Shown here in pieces: positions 38,113-49,773 of a DNA stretch of 64,000 nt. Numbering within the stretch: position 1 is the first letter of the stretch; each line of letters starts with the position of its first letter. A model generated the notes under the pieces. That model did no database searches. It had not been told where the DNA came from and saw only the letters and a program-made list of their open reading frames with translations. A program made the position numbers and the translations under genes. Source of the DNA: Macrostomum lignano (lineage: Eukaryota); the NCBI GenBank assembly GCA_002269645.1, contig NIVC01001450.1:1-64000 (forward strand), read 5' to 3'.

Positions 38113-38845
38113 GATAACACTTGATAACATGTAACGTTTGATAACAATCAATGAAAGGGTTTGTGAGTTTTTTCATCATAACTGAGAACTCTGGAATCTA
38201 TAAAAACGTGAAAAATGTTCCAACTTTAATGAACAGCGCCCAATTACATCGTCCATTGATTACCTGAACCACACTTAGTATTAGTGGGCCTCAGCAGGTA
38301 CGTCAATGTTTAATTTTGTCTCAGCTAATTGTTTATCAGTCTGTTTCTTTCATACTTTCACACGGTTCTCGCACGCCAATGGAGCGACACTTTCACCCAT
38401 CGTTCCACCCAGCCACCTGAAATCAGCGCTGAAGACACTGCATGGGACTTTGCATTAAGCAAAGTGCTGGTATTAAAATTAAATAAAAAATTTATTCGTA
38501 AATGACGTTAGTTGAAGTCTTCAGATGGCATTGAGTTACGCAACACAATAAGACTCACTGCTTGCTACTAATTACGCGCGCATTTTTTTTTCTGAAATCT
38601 GCGCTTATTTGCTTCAGGGCTGTCGAAAAAACTAAAAAAACATTCAGAACTTAATTCACAGTTAGAGAATGGAATTTTCTTGGACATCTGAATATGTTGC
38701 CTCAGTTAAAAACAGGGGGCAATGATGGCAATGATGACACAGGGGGTCAGTAGTAACCCAAAAGCCTAAGTCTAAGGTCACCATCTTTAATACTGGGAAC
38801 ATTGTCAATTTAGTAACGAGAAAAGAGTCTACTTATTATTGAAAG

Positions 38846-40268
38846 CACATTCCATAAATAATGAGACCACAGTCCAGGAAGAACGATTGTATTGACTGGC
38901 ACAAGTAAAACAAATTGCTAAAGCACACAGTCAGGTCAGTTGATGTAGCAGCACTGGACCTCGATCGCATTGAGGGCCGTGTCGTCACGCCTGCCGCCTT
39001 GCGAGCCCTCGACCTTGGTGCGCAGGGCGCAGATGAAGCTGTTGTGAGGGCAGTACTGGGCGTCGGTCCAGCTGCCCCAGTCCAGGCCGCCACCATCCTG
39101 CCAGTTGCCGTCGCACAGCAGACGGACATTGTTGCCAGCCGTGTCGTCACCACCGCCCTGAGACGGCTCCGAGCGGAACTGGATACCTGAGTAAAACTTG
39201 CTGCAGTGCAAGGATTCGCGCCAGTTGCCCCAGCTGCCAGCTGCACTTTCCAGCGAGTGGCTTCCCCAGCTACCGTCATGTGAGCAGAACATCTTCACAG
39301 AGTTCAGGGCCGTGTCGTCACCGTTGCCCTGCTTGTCCTCCACCTTCAGCTGGAACCTGAAAGGATTGATGCATTTGTGACGGATCGCTGACTGTCGTCC
39401 TTGATGGGACATGCGGCTGTGACAACTCTACGTGTGATGCAGCTGACTTGCAAGCCTCACCTGCTAACTAACGATCCGTCAGGACAGCTTTCCCAGTTGC
39501 CCCAGTCTCCCCAGTCAGTTTTCGCTTCCGGTGTCAAGGTGGCTGCCCACCGATTGGCTGCAATGGGAAATGCACGTGTGCGGGTTGACTTTGGACATCC
39601 CAACAGCTGCGAATGAGGAAATTGACCTCAGCAGACAAGCTCTCACCTGTGACGCTGTTGCAGCTCATGAGCAGCAGTGCGGGCAGCAGCAGAGTAGGCA
39701 GTAGCAGTTTCATGCTCTCCGGTCTTACAGTGCAAGATGGTGTACTCAATATTGCAGCTGAGATGGTCAGTTCGATGGAACAGCTAGTGCCTGCACTCCT
39801 GCTTATATAAGCCAGCTGTGAGCAGCACTCAATGCCATCGGTGTCAAAGCTCTCCAACGTGCCCTGCAAGGACAGGTGGACTGCCGTGACTCTTACAGGC
39901 CCGCACGTGACAGAGGTAAGTTTCTTATTGATCGAAGCGATAATTATCATTTCTTGTTGCGCAATGTTGTTTGCTGTTCGATTTGAATAGCGAATAATTG
40001 GCTAGCTTTTGCTGTGCAGGTACTCCGGAATGCATCTGCTTGGTTAGCTAATTATACTCCAGTCGAAATCCCCAAAAACTGGAAAGTCTGCCGGCGACTT
40101 TAGTAATATTCATGGATTTCAAATGAAACAGTGCATTATTTGCTTTGCTGTCGGGATCAAAATAAGAAAACAGAAATACAGCTAACTATTAGTAGTAGAG
40201 GATAACACAACTCTGCCGCAGGGAAAGCCACGGAAATTCCGTGGGCCCGGATCAGAAGGGCGCCTATG
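38846..40268. repeat. Left arm of a 1.42-kb inverted duplication (partner 49774-51198)
   Basis: Positions map as x to 90044-x over most of the arm. Only a handful of substitutions and a 2-bp indel were seen. Confidence 0.95.
38936..39713 (-). CDS. VMO1: Vitelline membrane outer layer protein 1-like (VOMI beta-prism), secreted, 3 exons, 194 aa
   Basis: Exons 39713-39647, 39557-39461 and 39356-38936. Signal peptide MKLLLPTLLLPALLL. Three repeats of WG.W...C, with DDTALN, DDTAGNN and DDTALN motifs and terminal CC. Confidence 0.9.
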
Positions 40269-40775
40269 GCTAGACCAAATGGCTTGCTAAGTTGTGTCGA
40301 CAGCTCTTGAGTCAATCGATAATTAATCAAACTCGACTGACACTCATACATGTAACTGGACCGCAAAATTACTAGTATAGGCAAGAAATTTCAACAAAAG
40401 CAATGCAAAGAAATGTTTTAGCATCATGTTAAAAAAGTAATAAATGAACATAAAACTCAGCAATAAAAATTTCAATACATTTAATTTACTGACTTTGCAA
40501 TTTAATATTAGAAATCGTGCAGTTACAAGGTACTGAAATCAAATTACTAATAAATTAATAGCTAGCATTAAGACTTCAGACAAAAAGTTCAAAAAGACAC
40601 TAACATTATGGTGAAACAGGGGAGGCAAATTGCTGCAACTATTTCTATCTGAGATAGCAAAATTGAGAAAGCATATAATTTAAACGTATAAAGGCGAGTA
40701 TATGTTTGAAGAAACCAAAGACTAAATATTCAGAATAAAATGTGTAGAGGCCGTGTGATAAAAAGTTATACTCAG

Positions 40776-41650
40776 TCACTTATTAAATTCGTGGTCTTCT
40801 TCCCGGCGCCGCTTTCGGGAGGCTGTAGCATTCACGTGCTGTTGCAGCTGCGACGACTCCGGATGAAGAAGTTGGAAATGGCCAAACGGGAGACTGTAGT
40901 TCGGTGTCAGCCAAGCGCGCTTGTCCTCCCAAATGCTTAAGGCACACTTTCGCTGCTGCAGCGTGAATAGCCTGTGTTGGATGCTAGCGATCCTGTGGAT
41001 GATGACGGACATGCTACTCAGATCATTGAAGACTCTCAAGTAATCACTATGCGCAATCTCCTTCTTGACAACACATCCTTGAATGCCTTTGGCTTTTTTC
41101 TTTTCAGCAGTTGCAGTGCTAGCGAGAAAGGAATACAGCTCTGGTCTCAAAAGCAACCATTCGAGATAGCGAGCTCCAGCTCCTTCGTCCTTGATGCAAC
41201 CGAGGCGAGCTTTCAATTCATTTGAGAACAGCGGGTGCTCAGGTGAATAGTTGGAAGTGTCAAGGAGTTTCTTTGCTTTTAGCAGTGGAAGAACTTCCGA
41301 CTGCACATCCATATTCTGAATGCAAAGAAAGAGCGAGTCGGTGTCTCCACCACAGAGCCGAACACGGGCACCCTCTTGCTCAAGCCAAGGCTTCAATTTG
41401 TCGTAGAATAACTCGTACATGATTAGCTTCGAATAGTCAAGAACACACTGGCCAATAAAAATCGGACGATCAAGCTTGACCTTAGTCTTCTGGAATTCAA
41501 TTATGCTCAGTGAGTCGGTAATTATGATAAAGTTCTTAATGGATGGTTTTGAAGCCAGCACCTTTGCTTTTGCAGTGTTGGTGCAAATCCGAATGTCACG
41601 TCGCTTACGCACGTTTTCCATTGTTTTTCCGAAGAGCGCATTGTTTTTTT
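40776..41650 (-). pseudogene. C-terminal fragment of a Polinton/adintovirus-type B-family DNA polymerase
   Basis: NNALFGKTMENVRKRRDIR (motif B), KLDRPIFIGQCVLDYSKLIMY, GGDTDS (motif C), DTSNY, LGCIKDE, LRPELYS, KKAKGI, LSIWEDKR...SLPFGH. 5'-truncated at the retrotransposon junction. Confidence 0.85.
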
Positions 41651-41840
41651 GGCTAGTTTGCGCGGGCTGCGCTAACTGGCGTTTGTGTACGCTGCCCACC
41701 CCTGCCCCTCCCCCGCGGCTTCCCCCCACCCCCGGTGTTGGGGGGGGGGGGTTGCGTGGCGGGGGGTTTTATACCCCGCGGTTGGCTCTTTGGCCTCGCT
41801 GTCGCATTGCAATTGAAAAAAATTTTTATGCTGCTGAGTC

Positions 41841-42872
41841 ATGTCACACGATTCTCTGACGGTAAGAGAACTGCGCATGGCCTTGCGTGCTAAAGGCTTG
41901 CAAACCGTAGGCAACAAGCGCACCCTATTGGAGAGACTTCTGCAGTCTCAAGGCTCAGTGGACACGGGACCCATCGATGAATCGGACACCAGCAATCCAT
42001 CGAGAAGGCGAGGGCCCGACGACGGGACGGCGGCGGTCGGCGGCGGCGAGGCGGCAGGAGGGACCCACGGGACTGGCGACCTGGACCGGGACCTGCGGGA
42101 GGCAGAGAAGCAGCTGCGCTTGCTGACAATTCGTCGGGACCAAGCGCGCCTGGAAGCCGAGATCCGTCAGCTGGACCGCCGTGCCGATGAGCCGCAGCGG
42201 CGACCTGCAAATGCCTCAGTGCCCGGTGAGTACTCAAGCCTTGAGGATTTAGTGCTGGGACCTACTGTCAGAGTGCCGGATGAGGTGCAGCAGGCGGGGC
42301 AGCAGCACCCGAATGCGTACCGGGTGCCGGAGTTCATCAGCGCTCGCAAGCGGCTGGCGCTGAACAAGTCAAGTCAAGCCAGCAAGCAGGCCGCCCTGGA
42401 CAGCCTCTCGGTTGGCGACTGGATCACCGGAAACGCCAACGCGCTGATGCAGATGCTGAAGGACGGCAGACTCCTCGTCCTCCGTGATGGCGCTATCGAC
42501 ATGTCGGAGCTGCTGGAGTACCTGAAGCACACGGCAAAAATTGGCGACCTCCTCGATCTCGGATTCGACCGCGGCCGCGTTTTGCGCTATGATGATGAGT
42601 ACAGAGCGCAGCAGGCTGAGGCCGGCGCCTGGGACAGCTCGGTGACCGACCTGGGTCTGGTGGCGGCACACCTGATGGCTCCGAATCTTCAACTGCAGGC
42701 CGGCTCAGCGGGCAGGTCATCAGCAAAGCGACCGGTCTGCTTCGACTTCAACAAGGTGTCCGGCTGCCAGCGCAACCCGTGTCGTTTCGCACACAGTTGT
42801 AGGCGCTGCGGCCAGGCGCACTCGGAGGCCTCCTTCCACAGAGCGGAGGGCGGCCAGGCGGCAAAAAACTGA
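41841..42872 (+). CDS. Gag-like ORF1 with N-terminal SAP-like motif and C-terminal CCCH/CCHC zinc fingers, 343 aa
   Basis: LTVRELRMALRAKGLQTVGNKRTLLERL; CFDFNKVSGCQRNPCRFAHSCRRCGQAH. Its stop overlaps the RT ATG (TGATG). Confidence 0.8.
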   Translation: MSHDSLTVRELRMALRAKGLQTVGNKRTLLERLLQSQGSVDTGPIDESDTSNPSRRRGPDDGTAAVGGGEAAGGTHGTGDLDRDLREAEKQLRLLTIRRDQARLEAEIRQLDRRADEPQRRPANASVPGEYSSLEDLVLGPTVRVPDEVQQAGQQHPNAYRVPEFISARKRLALNKSSQASKQAALDSLSVGDWITGNANALMQMLKDGRLLVLRDGAIDMSELLEYLKHTAKIGDLLDLGFDRGRVLRYDDEYRAQQAEAGAWDSSVTDLGLVAAHLMAPNLQLQAGSAGRSSAKRPVCFDFNKVSGCQRNPCRFAHSCRRCGQAHSEASFHRAEGGQAAKN

Positions 42873-44520
42873 TGGACGGGGTTCAGCGGCAGGGGTCTCT
42901 TAACATCGAGTCGCCCGCCCCTGCCGCTGCTTCTGTCGAACCCCATAAGGAGGGCGACTCAAGCGGGACCCTCTCCACCGACTTGCGCCTTGAAGCCTGG
43001 CGCCTCGAGCTGGCCGACACGGAGATGCCAACGAAGCTCGCGCAGTTCGTTTTGAGCGGTGTGAAGGACGGTTTCCGCATCAGGAACGTCAGCAGTCCGG
43101 TGGACTCTGTCGAGCAGGAGAACTACGGCTCCATCGCTCAGCATCGAGTCGAGGTTCAGGCCCAAGTCCGCCGGGAACTGCAAGCTGGAAGATATCGCGT
43201 TAGCGCCAAGCCGACTATTGTGAGCGCGCTGGGCGCCATTCCGAAGTCCGGGGGCGGCATCCGGCTCATCCATGACTGCAGCCAGCCCCAGGGTCGGGCC
43301 GTCAATGATTTGTTTGCTTGCCAGCAGAAGCTTCGGTTTTCTTCGGCGGCTGCCTTTGCCAGGAAGCTGCGCCAGGACATGTACATGTGTAAAGTTGACC
43401 TAAGCCAGGCCTACCGGTCTTGCGGCATTCACCCGGACGACCACTGCCTCACTGGTCTGAAGTTCACGTTCGAGGGCGAGGCGGAGCCGACCTACATGGT
43501 GGACACCCGGCTGCCGTTTGGAGCGGCAGCATCCGTGAGCAGCTTTTTCCAGATCAGCAACGCCATTCGGTTTATGATGCTCAAGCGCAGGTTCTTCAAC
43601 TTCGAGGTCTACATGGACGACTTCGGCTTCGCGGGTTCGCTGACTGAGTGCTGGCGCTTTTACAACAAGCTGACGCAGCTGCTGCAGAGCCTGGGCCTGA
43701 CTGTCAACTGGAAGAAGTGCGTGCAGCCGACGCAGGAGATGTGCTTCCTGGGCATTCAGTTCAACACGCAGTCGGGCTGATGAGTCTGCCAGAGACGAAG
43801 GTCGAGGAGCTGCAGGCCTGCCTTGACCTCTGCTGCACAAAGCGGCGGATCTCCAAGCACGAGTTGCAGAAGCTGGTGGGCAGGCTCAACTGGGCCTGTC
43901 AGGTGGTCTGCAACGGCCGGCCGTTTCTGCGAGACCTGATCGACCGCGTCAACGACTTGTCGAGCCCGAAGGATCGGCTGTTGGTGGATGGCCAGTTCAA
44001 GAGCGTCCTGAGCTGGTGGAAAGTTGCTCTGCGGCAGCAGCCATGTCGCGAGCTCTGGCCTGCTGCCAGGAGGCCGGTTGCCATGGAGACGGACGCCTGT
44101 CTGGTGGGGGCAGCGGCTGTTCTGAGAGATCCGGCAGGGTCTGACTGGTGCTATCTGCAGTGGGAAGTCGACGCTGGGAGCGAGTTCAGCGATTGCTGCA
44201 TCAACTACAAGGAGGCTGCCGCGGTGCTGCTGGCGTTGCTGCACTGGCGCCGTCAACTGCACAACTGCCGGATCGCTGTCTACTGCGACAATTCTGCAGC
44301 CTGCGCGATTATCAACAAGGGGTCATCCAGGGAGCCCCGGCTGTTGCGGCTGCTGCAGACTGTTGCTCTGCTGTGCCTAAAGCAGAACATTGTGGTCACC
44401 GCCCACCATGTGCCCGGCCGGTTTCAGCTGTTTGCCGACGCCGCCTCCCGCCTGCATTGCCGGCAGGAGTTGCTGAATTTTCTGTTGCGAGCCTATGCAA
44501 CCGCCTCTGTTTGCCCGCAT
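42872..44520 (+). pseudogene. Reverse transcriptase-RNase H, split by a frameshift near 43778
   Basis: RT: KVDLSQAYR, LPFG, YMDDF, FLGI. RNase H in the next frame: ETDAC, INYKEAAAV, YCDNSAA, HVPG...ADAASR. Confidence 0.88.
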
Positions 44521-45312
44521 GAATTTGCGGGACATGCGCTTAGCCCTGCCTCCGCCGCCTTTCTTTTTTTACAGGTCGCCTCCCTGGGTCTCTCGACGCT
44601 GCCGCCGCCAAACTGCTCCAGCAGGCCTACGCATCATCGTCCAAGAGGTCGCTGTCATCTGCTGTCCGCTCCTGGCAACGCTTCTGCCGAGAGCGGCGGC
44701 TCGACCCACTCGGCTGTCGGGCGGAGGATCTCGCAAACTACGTCGGCCAGCTCGTGGACGGCCGGCTCAGCTCCTTCGGCAGCGTCCGCGTGCATATCAG
44801 CGCTCTGTCCGCCAGTTTCCGACTGGCGGGAGTGCCGGACCTGACCAGGCACCCGCTGCTGCACCTGGTTCTGCGGGGAGCCAAGCGCGAGCTGGGGTCG
44901 GAGCCGAGTCGCAAGCTGCCGGTGTCGCCAGACCTTTTGTCGAGACTGCGGCTGCAAGTCGACAGCTCGAATCCTGTGCAGGCGGCCTGCTGGGCTGCGG
45001 TCATGTGCGCTTGGTGGGGGATGTTCAGGAAGTCCAGCCTGCTGCCGCGAGGGCGCGCCGATCCGCCAGTGCTGCGACTGAGCTCGCTGGCAAGATGCCC
45101 CGAAGGCCTTCTTCTGACGTCCAGCTTCGGGAAGACCAACCAGTACGGCCGGACGCATCGCGTGCTGCTGCCAGAGTTGACTTCGGGCCACCCGCTCTGT
45201 CCAGTGGCGGCACTGCGAGGCCACCTGCGCTGCAACCGGCTGAAGCGGCGGCAGCAGGGCCTGTTTTCATTCAGCAGTGGATCGTCCGGTCACGCATCTC
45301 TGACGTCCTCAA
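44520..45312 (+). pseudogene. Tyrosine recombinase, N-terminal two thirds only
   Basis: VRVHISAL, LVLRGAKR, RKLPVSPDLL, WWGMFRKS (catalytic R region), KTNQ, LCPVAAL. The HxxR and Tyr motifs are absent because of truncation. Confidence 0.8.
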
Positions 45313-46087
45313 TGTTGTTCGAGACAGCACACCAATGACCACCAGCTGAGTTCTCGCTCGTAGATGGTGGAAGAAACATCAGCAGGACAACTGTTCGTCC
45401 TCTCATGGTAGCTGCGCTTGGCTGTCGGAGGACTTCAGCAGCTTCATTCTCTCAGGTGAAAACAGTGAAGCAAAGGGTTGGATTTAATTCCTCGACAGCA
45501 GACAGATCGTACAAATTGATCGGCAGACTCAGTCCCGTAATGTTAATCTCATCTCATTCGGTGTACGAGGATTCTCGTTGAGCTGACTTCTTAATACGGC
45601 AGTGATCTTTGTGAAGAAAGGCAAGGCACGCGTAAACAAAGCAATTTTCACCGCTGCTAGGAGGAGAAATGACGGCCTTCTTTTGAAAAAGCGCAGTCGG
45701 CAAACTAAACCCAGCCGCATGCCCCGAATAGTAGGGAGTTCGAACAGCGAGGGCAGAGCAAAGGTCGAAGAAATTTATCTTGTCAATGGCCCATCCACTG
45801 CCATTAGCGTTGTACACGTCTACTCTCTGCTCTAACACTGCAAATTGCTGCCTCCACCAGTCATCAAATTCCTGCACATCAACCAGCATACAGAGATTTG
45901 TACTCATCCATTTGTTTTCAACATTGACTGCTTCTGCTGCCTGCACCCGAATCATGCGCACGTTTAGCTTAATTTGTGCTCTTAGCGAACAGTTGTCAAA
46001 GGAGTCAAGACGAACTTCGAGATACTGCAGAACCGCATGTTTGACCAGGTCTAGAAACTCGAATGGATCATTAGTGCCCCAAAGCAA
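45310..46087 (-). pseudogene. N-terminal fragment of the same PolB gene
   Basis: NGSGWAIDKI, FSLPTALFQKKAVI, NCFVYACLAFL. It continues past two in-frame TGA codons into INITGLSLPI...EELNP...VVLLM...GHWCAV, the usual pre-endonuclease region of these polymerases. Confidence 0.7.
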
Positions 46088-46129
46088 AACACAAATACGC
46101 GATGTTGGCGAAAGCGAAAGCAGTAACGA

Positions 46130-46410
46130 GGCCTCTTTATTTATATTTTAATGATTAAAAGAATAAGGATAAAAGAAGAAGAAAAAAGAACTGCGCGAAA
46201 ACACTGCCAACTCAGCAGCGCGGCTGGAGTAAAATACCCCCCCGCTGGCGGAGGGGTGGGCGCCCACCTAAACAACACAGAACGTACACACGCGGCGGAG
46301 GGGTGGGCGCCCACCTAAACAACAAAGAACGTACACACGCGGCGGGGGGGCGCACCACAGACGCAGCGCGCTTGGGCACTAAAGCCGGTTTGCTCAAGGC
46401 AAGCCTAGCG
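46130..46410 (-). repeat. GC-rich terminal-repeat-like segment related to the Ngaro 5' end, inverted, with an internal duplication of about 46 bp
   Basis: Minus strand GTGTACG...GCCCACCCCT...GCGGGGGGTATTTTA...GCTGCTGAGT appear in the same order as at 41684-41838, followed by a T-rich tract and AATAAAGAGGCC. Confidence 0.5.
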
Positions 46411-46639
46411 CAAACCGCAGTCATGTCAGCTGTTGGGGTGAAGCGATGAATCTGCAGTACATCATCGTGGGCACTGTTCACCAAGGAGATAACACATGAA
46501 GACCCTAAAAATAAAATCGAGAGATAAGATAGTGAAAATCGAGAAACATAAACTGAGAATCTCATGATTGCTTATAAATCAAGCTCAATTAGCTATTCAT
46601 AATAATCGATGTCTGTATGCAGAATCGAGGAGGGTGTTT

Positions 46640-46910
46640 TTGGATGTATACAATCGATATAGGTGTGCAGAGGTGTGCGGAGTCGAGGTGGGGTGTCCAG
46701 AGTCGAGGTGGGGTGTGCGGAGTCGAGGTGGGGTGTGCAGAGTCGAGGTGGGGGTGTGCGGAGTCGAGGTGGGGTGTGCAGAGTCGAGGTGGGGGTGTGC
46801 GGAGTCGAGGAAGGGATGTGCAGAGTCGAGGAGGGGGTGTGCGGAGGCGAGGAGGGAGGTGTGCAGAGTCGAGGAGGGGGTGTGCAGAGTCGAGGGCGGG
46901 GGTGTGCAGA
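46640..46910. repeat. Minisatellite, 20-22-bp GTGCAGAGTCGAGGTGGGGT units
   Basis: About 13 tandem variants. Confidence 0.9.
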
Positions 46911-47883
46911 GTCAGTGTTGGTGTACGGACTAGGGGTGGGCGGATGTTATTACGTATTAATTAAAACTGAACTAGTTACACATTTCTCCAGGTTTAAAAT
47001 TTTTCCACTTCAAATATTGGTAAGAAAATAATTGATTTTTTACATTAACAGAGTGGCAAAACTCACCTGTCCCTTCACCTGCTCTTCGCCTAGAACATGT
47101 TGTAGGATCCTGCATGTTGCGACTGCCGGCTGCCAGGCAATGCTGATGCAGATTTGTCTGCTTCCAGCTTCGAATTGATCAATTTTAAGGCCAATGGCAA
47201 TGCTTAGCTTAAAAAGGAATAATTAAGAAAAATGCAAAGTAGAGATCGAATCTAGTTAAGATGCTCTAATTCTATTCGTGATATTGAGACTTAACAACGA
47301 GCACCAAGCTATAGAAAAGCAGCCCGCTGATAGTAAAAACCTCAAAATCAAAACTAATAGTCGGGTAATGCGAATAGGTTGCCATGATGCGATAGCTTTT
47401 AGCATCAAATCCACCGATACGAGTTGATTTTCTTTTTTTCTGTCTAGTCTGCGTTTTTTTCTAAAAATAATTCGATGTTTATTATGAGAAAAAACAATGC
47501 AAAAACAACGTGTATTTGGGATAAACGGCTTTGTAGCAAGAAAATAATTTAGAAGAAGAAACTTTTATTTAGCATTAAATTACAAACTTTCTGCATAGAA
47601 AGCAGTATAATTCATTATAAGCTACCATGTACATTCTTGCTCTCCTAATAACTAAATATGAAAACAATGCTATCAAAGAGCCTCCAGCTTGATAAACTGC
47701 TTAGCCCAGCCCAACGAGATAAATCACAGGTAACATGCACTGAAAATATTAATTTAATTTAAGCAGTTTTTAACTTTTTTTAGAGCTCCTCCCCTTATCA
47801 AAAGTCCACTCATTTTTGTAGAACTTTTGTGTGCGCTAAAAATTCGTTTCCCTTGCCAACAAAATACTCCAGGCTAAAGCAAA

Positions 47884-49155
47884 TTAAGAGTTACTCAAGC
47901 GAATACGGATCCCCCCTCCAAAGTCAATTGAGTACTCGCCCACAACGCTACTCGGTAGGACGAATTGAAGGCAAACTGACGGTGCAGCCATCGGTTCAGC
48001 GGCTTGGACTCCTGCTGATTGTTGAACCACCGGTGGGGTAGCATGAGGTTCGACTCCTGCTGATTGTTGAAACTCTGGTACCACCGGTGGGGTAGCATGA
48101 GGTTCGAAATCTCGTAGGAGATCAGACAGGCTGGCATCCGCCATCATTCCAGCCATATTTTTTCCAGCGACTGGAACAGCCCTGTGCGGTGGCTGCTGCT
48201 CGACCGTGGCTTTTTCGTTCGTCTCCTCCGGCTCCAACTCGTGCTCCTCAAAGAAAGCCGTGTCCAATTCTGGCGGAGCAACAAAATCAGCGGCAGCAGC
48301 ATCATCGTCATAGCGATTTACCGGTGTCTAAAGACTGAGAGCACCAGCCGCTGGAACGTCAACGCTGGCAGCTTGATGGTCGATGCCAGCAGGTCCAGGA
48401 GCAGCAGCTGGATAGTCGACGCTGGCAGCTTGATGGTCGATGCCAGCAGGTCCAGGAGCAGCAGCTGGATAGTCGACGCTGGCAGCTTGATGGTCGATGC
48501 CAGCAGGTCCAGGAGCAGCCGCTGGAACGTCAACGCTGGCAGCTTGATGGTCGATGCCAGCAGGTCCAGGAGCAGCAGCTGGATAGTCAACGCTGGCAGC
48601 TTGATGGTCGATGCCAGCAGGTCCAGGAGCAGCAGCTGGATAGTCAACGCTGGCAGCTTGATGGTCGATGCCAGCAGGTCCAGGAGCAGCAGCTGGATAG
48701 TCGACGCTGGCAGATCCAGGAAGGCTGGCAACATCAGCTGGATGCTGATCTGCAGCAGCAAGTGCAGCGGAAATCAAATCAAAATTAGTACATGTAGTTG
48801 AAATTATTGCAGATTGATTTCGCACACCTTGAATCGTCTGGTTCAGGGTGCTGACCGGGGCTCGATGACGCTCGATCATGTTGAGTTGCTCCTGGCGGTG
48901 GGCGGCCTCCAGTACAGTAAAGCGGGCTCGTTCGATGCTATCAGGCGAGCTCCAATTAATGATGGTGTGATTTTTATGGGCCCGAACTTGGCGGCGCACA
49001 TTGAACAGCTCAGTTGTCTGGCACTCGTGGCAAAGCAACCAGCGACTTATAATGCAGCTGTCTTTTTTGTTATGGAGCTTTAACCCACCGAGCTCACAGG
49101 AATTGCAGCTGATGCACACCTCGTGCACGTAGGATGGACACCGAGATTGATTCAT
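47884..49155 (-). CDS. Hypothetical 3-exon protein (about 372 aa) with a Cys/His-rich N-terminus and 19-aa tandem repeats
   Basis: Exons 49155-48828, 48749-48345 and 48269-47884, joined by 78- and 75-bp GT-AG introns in consistent phase 1. The 57-bp repeat encodes ASVDYPAAAPGPAGIDHQA about 6.5 times. The start codon is uncertain. Confidence 0.55.
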
Positions 49156-49773
49156 TATTTAAAATTTATCTATGAGAAATTTAGTTTAAAATAAAATTTA
49201 AATTTAAACTTCTCATATGCACATATTTAGCCTCTTATATACCCACTTCAACCAAATCTGTGGTAATAAAAACATAGCCGCTATGTTTTCAGCTTTGCTA
49301 TGTTTACAGTCAGCCACCCAATGTCCAATGATTTCATCAGCGCATCCAGGTATTGAGCCCTCGTTAAATTCCCGCACGCCCCGCTAAATTCTTTTGAATA
49401 CGCCGCCAACTTTACCCCACCCAGTCGAGGGTGGCAATAAAACTGATAACTGAGCACTCTCTCCTTTCAGCAACAAAGCCGCCGCCGCCATGCACCAGCT
49501 CCCAGACAGCGGGAGAGAGAGGCTTGGCTACCACTTTTTTGTTTACAGAAGTTTGTTATTACCGATAAAATTATATATTAAAGTATTAGTATAATACTGA
49601 ATACAATAAAATACCGCTGATATTTGCCAATTGTTCAACACAATTTCTAGAGATTCCCCTAGCTCGCCTCTGTGCATACTTGCGGATTCCCCCATGAGGC
49701 GCCTATGTACTCTCATTAGGAGTCTACGGAATTCCCATGGCTTTGCCTGCGGCAGAGTTGAGCTATGCAAACA

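Larger units (their letters stand above)
41651..45312 (+). mobile_element. Ngaro/PAT-like tyrosine-recombinase retrotransposon, 3'-truncated
   Basis: Gag, RT/RH and overlapping YR order with no DDE integrase. The RT signature LGAIPK...RLIHDCSQPQGRAVND is closer to Ngaro/PAT than to DIRS1. Confidence 0.85.

Noticed and set aside
39534-39950. 138-aa ORF upstream of or overlapping VMO1 (and its mirror 50094-50510)
   Set aside because: It runs through promoter, exon 1 and intron 1. The spliced model from the MKLLL ATG gives the complete VOMI protein.
43777-43800. Hammerhead-like CTGATGA-GTCT..AGAC-GAAG at the RT/RH frameshift
   Set aside because: The core has GAAG rather than GAAA, no convincing stems I and III were found, and the sequence is explained by coding (LMSLPETK).
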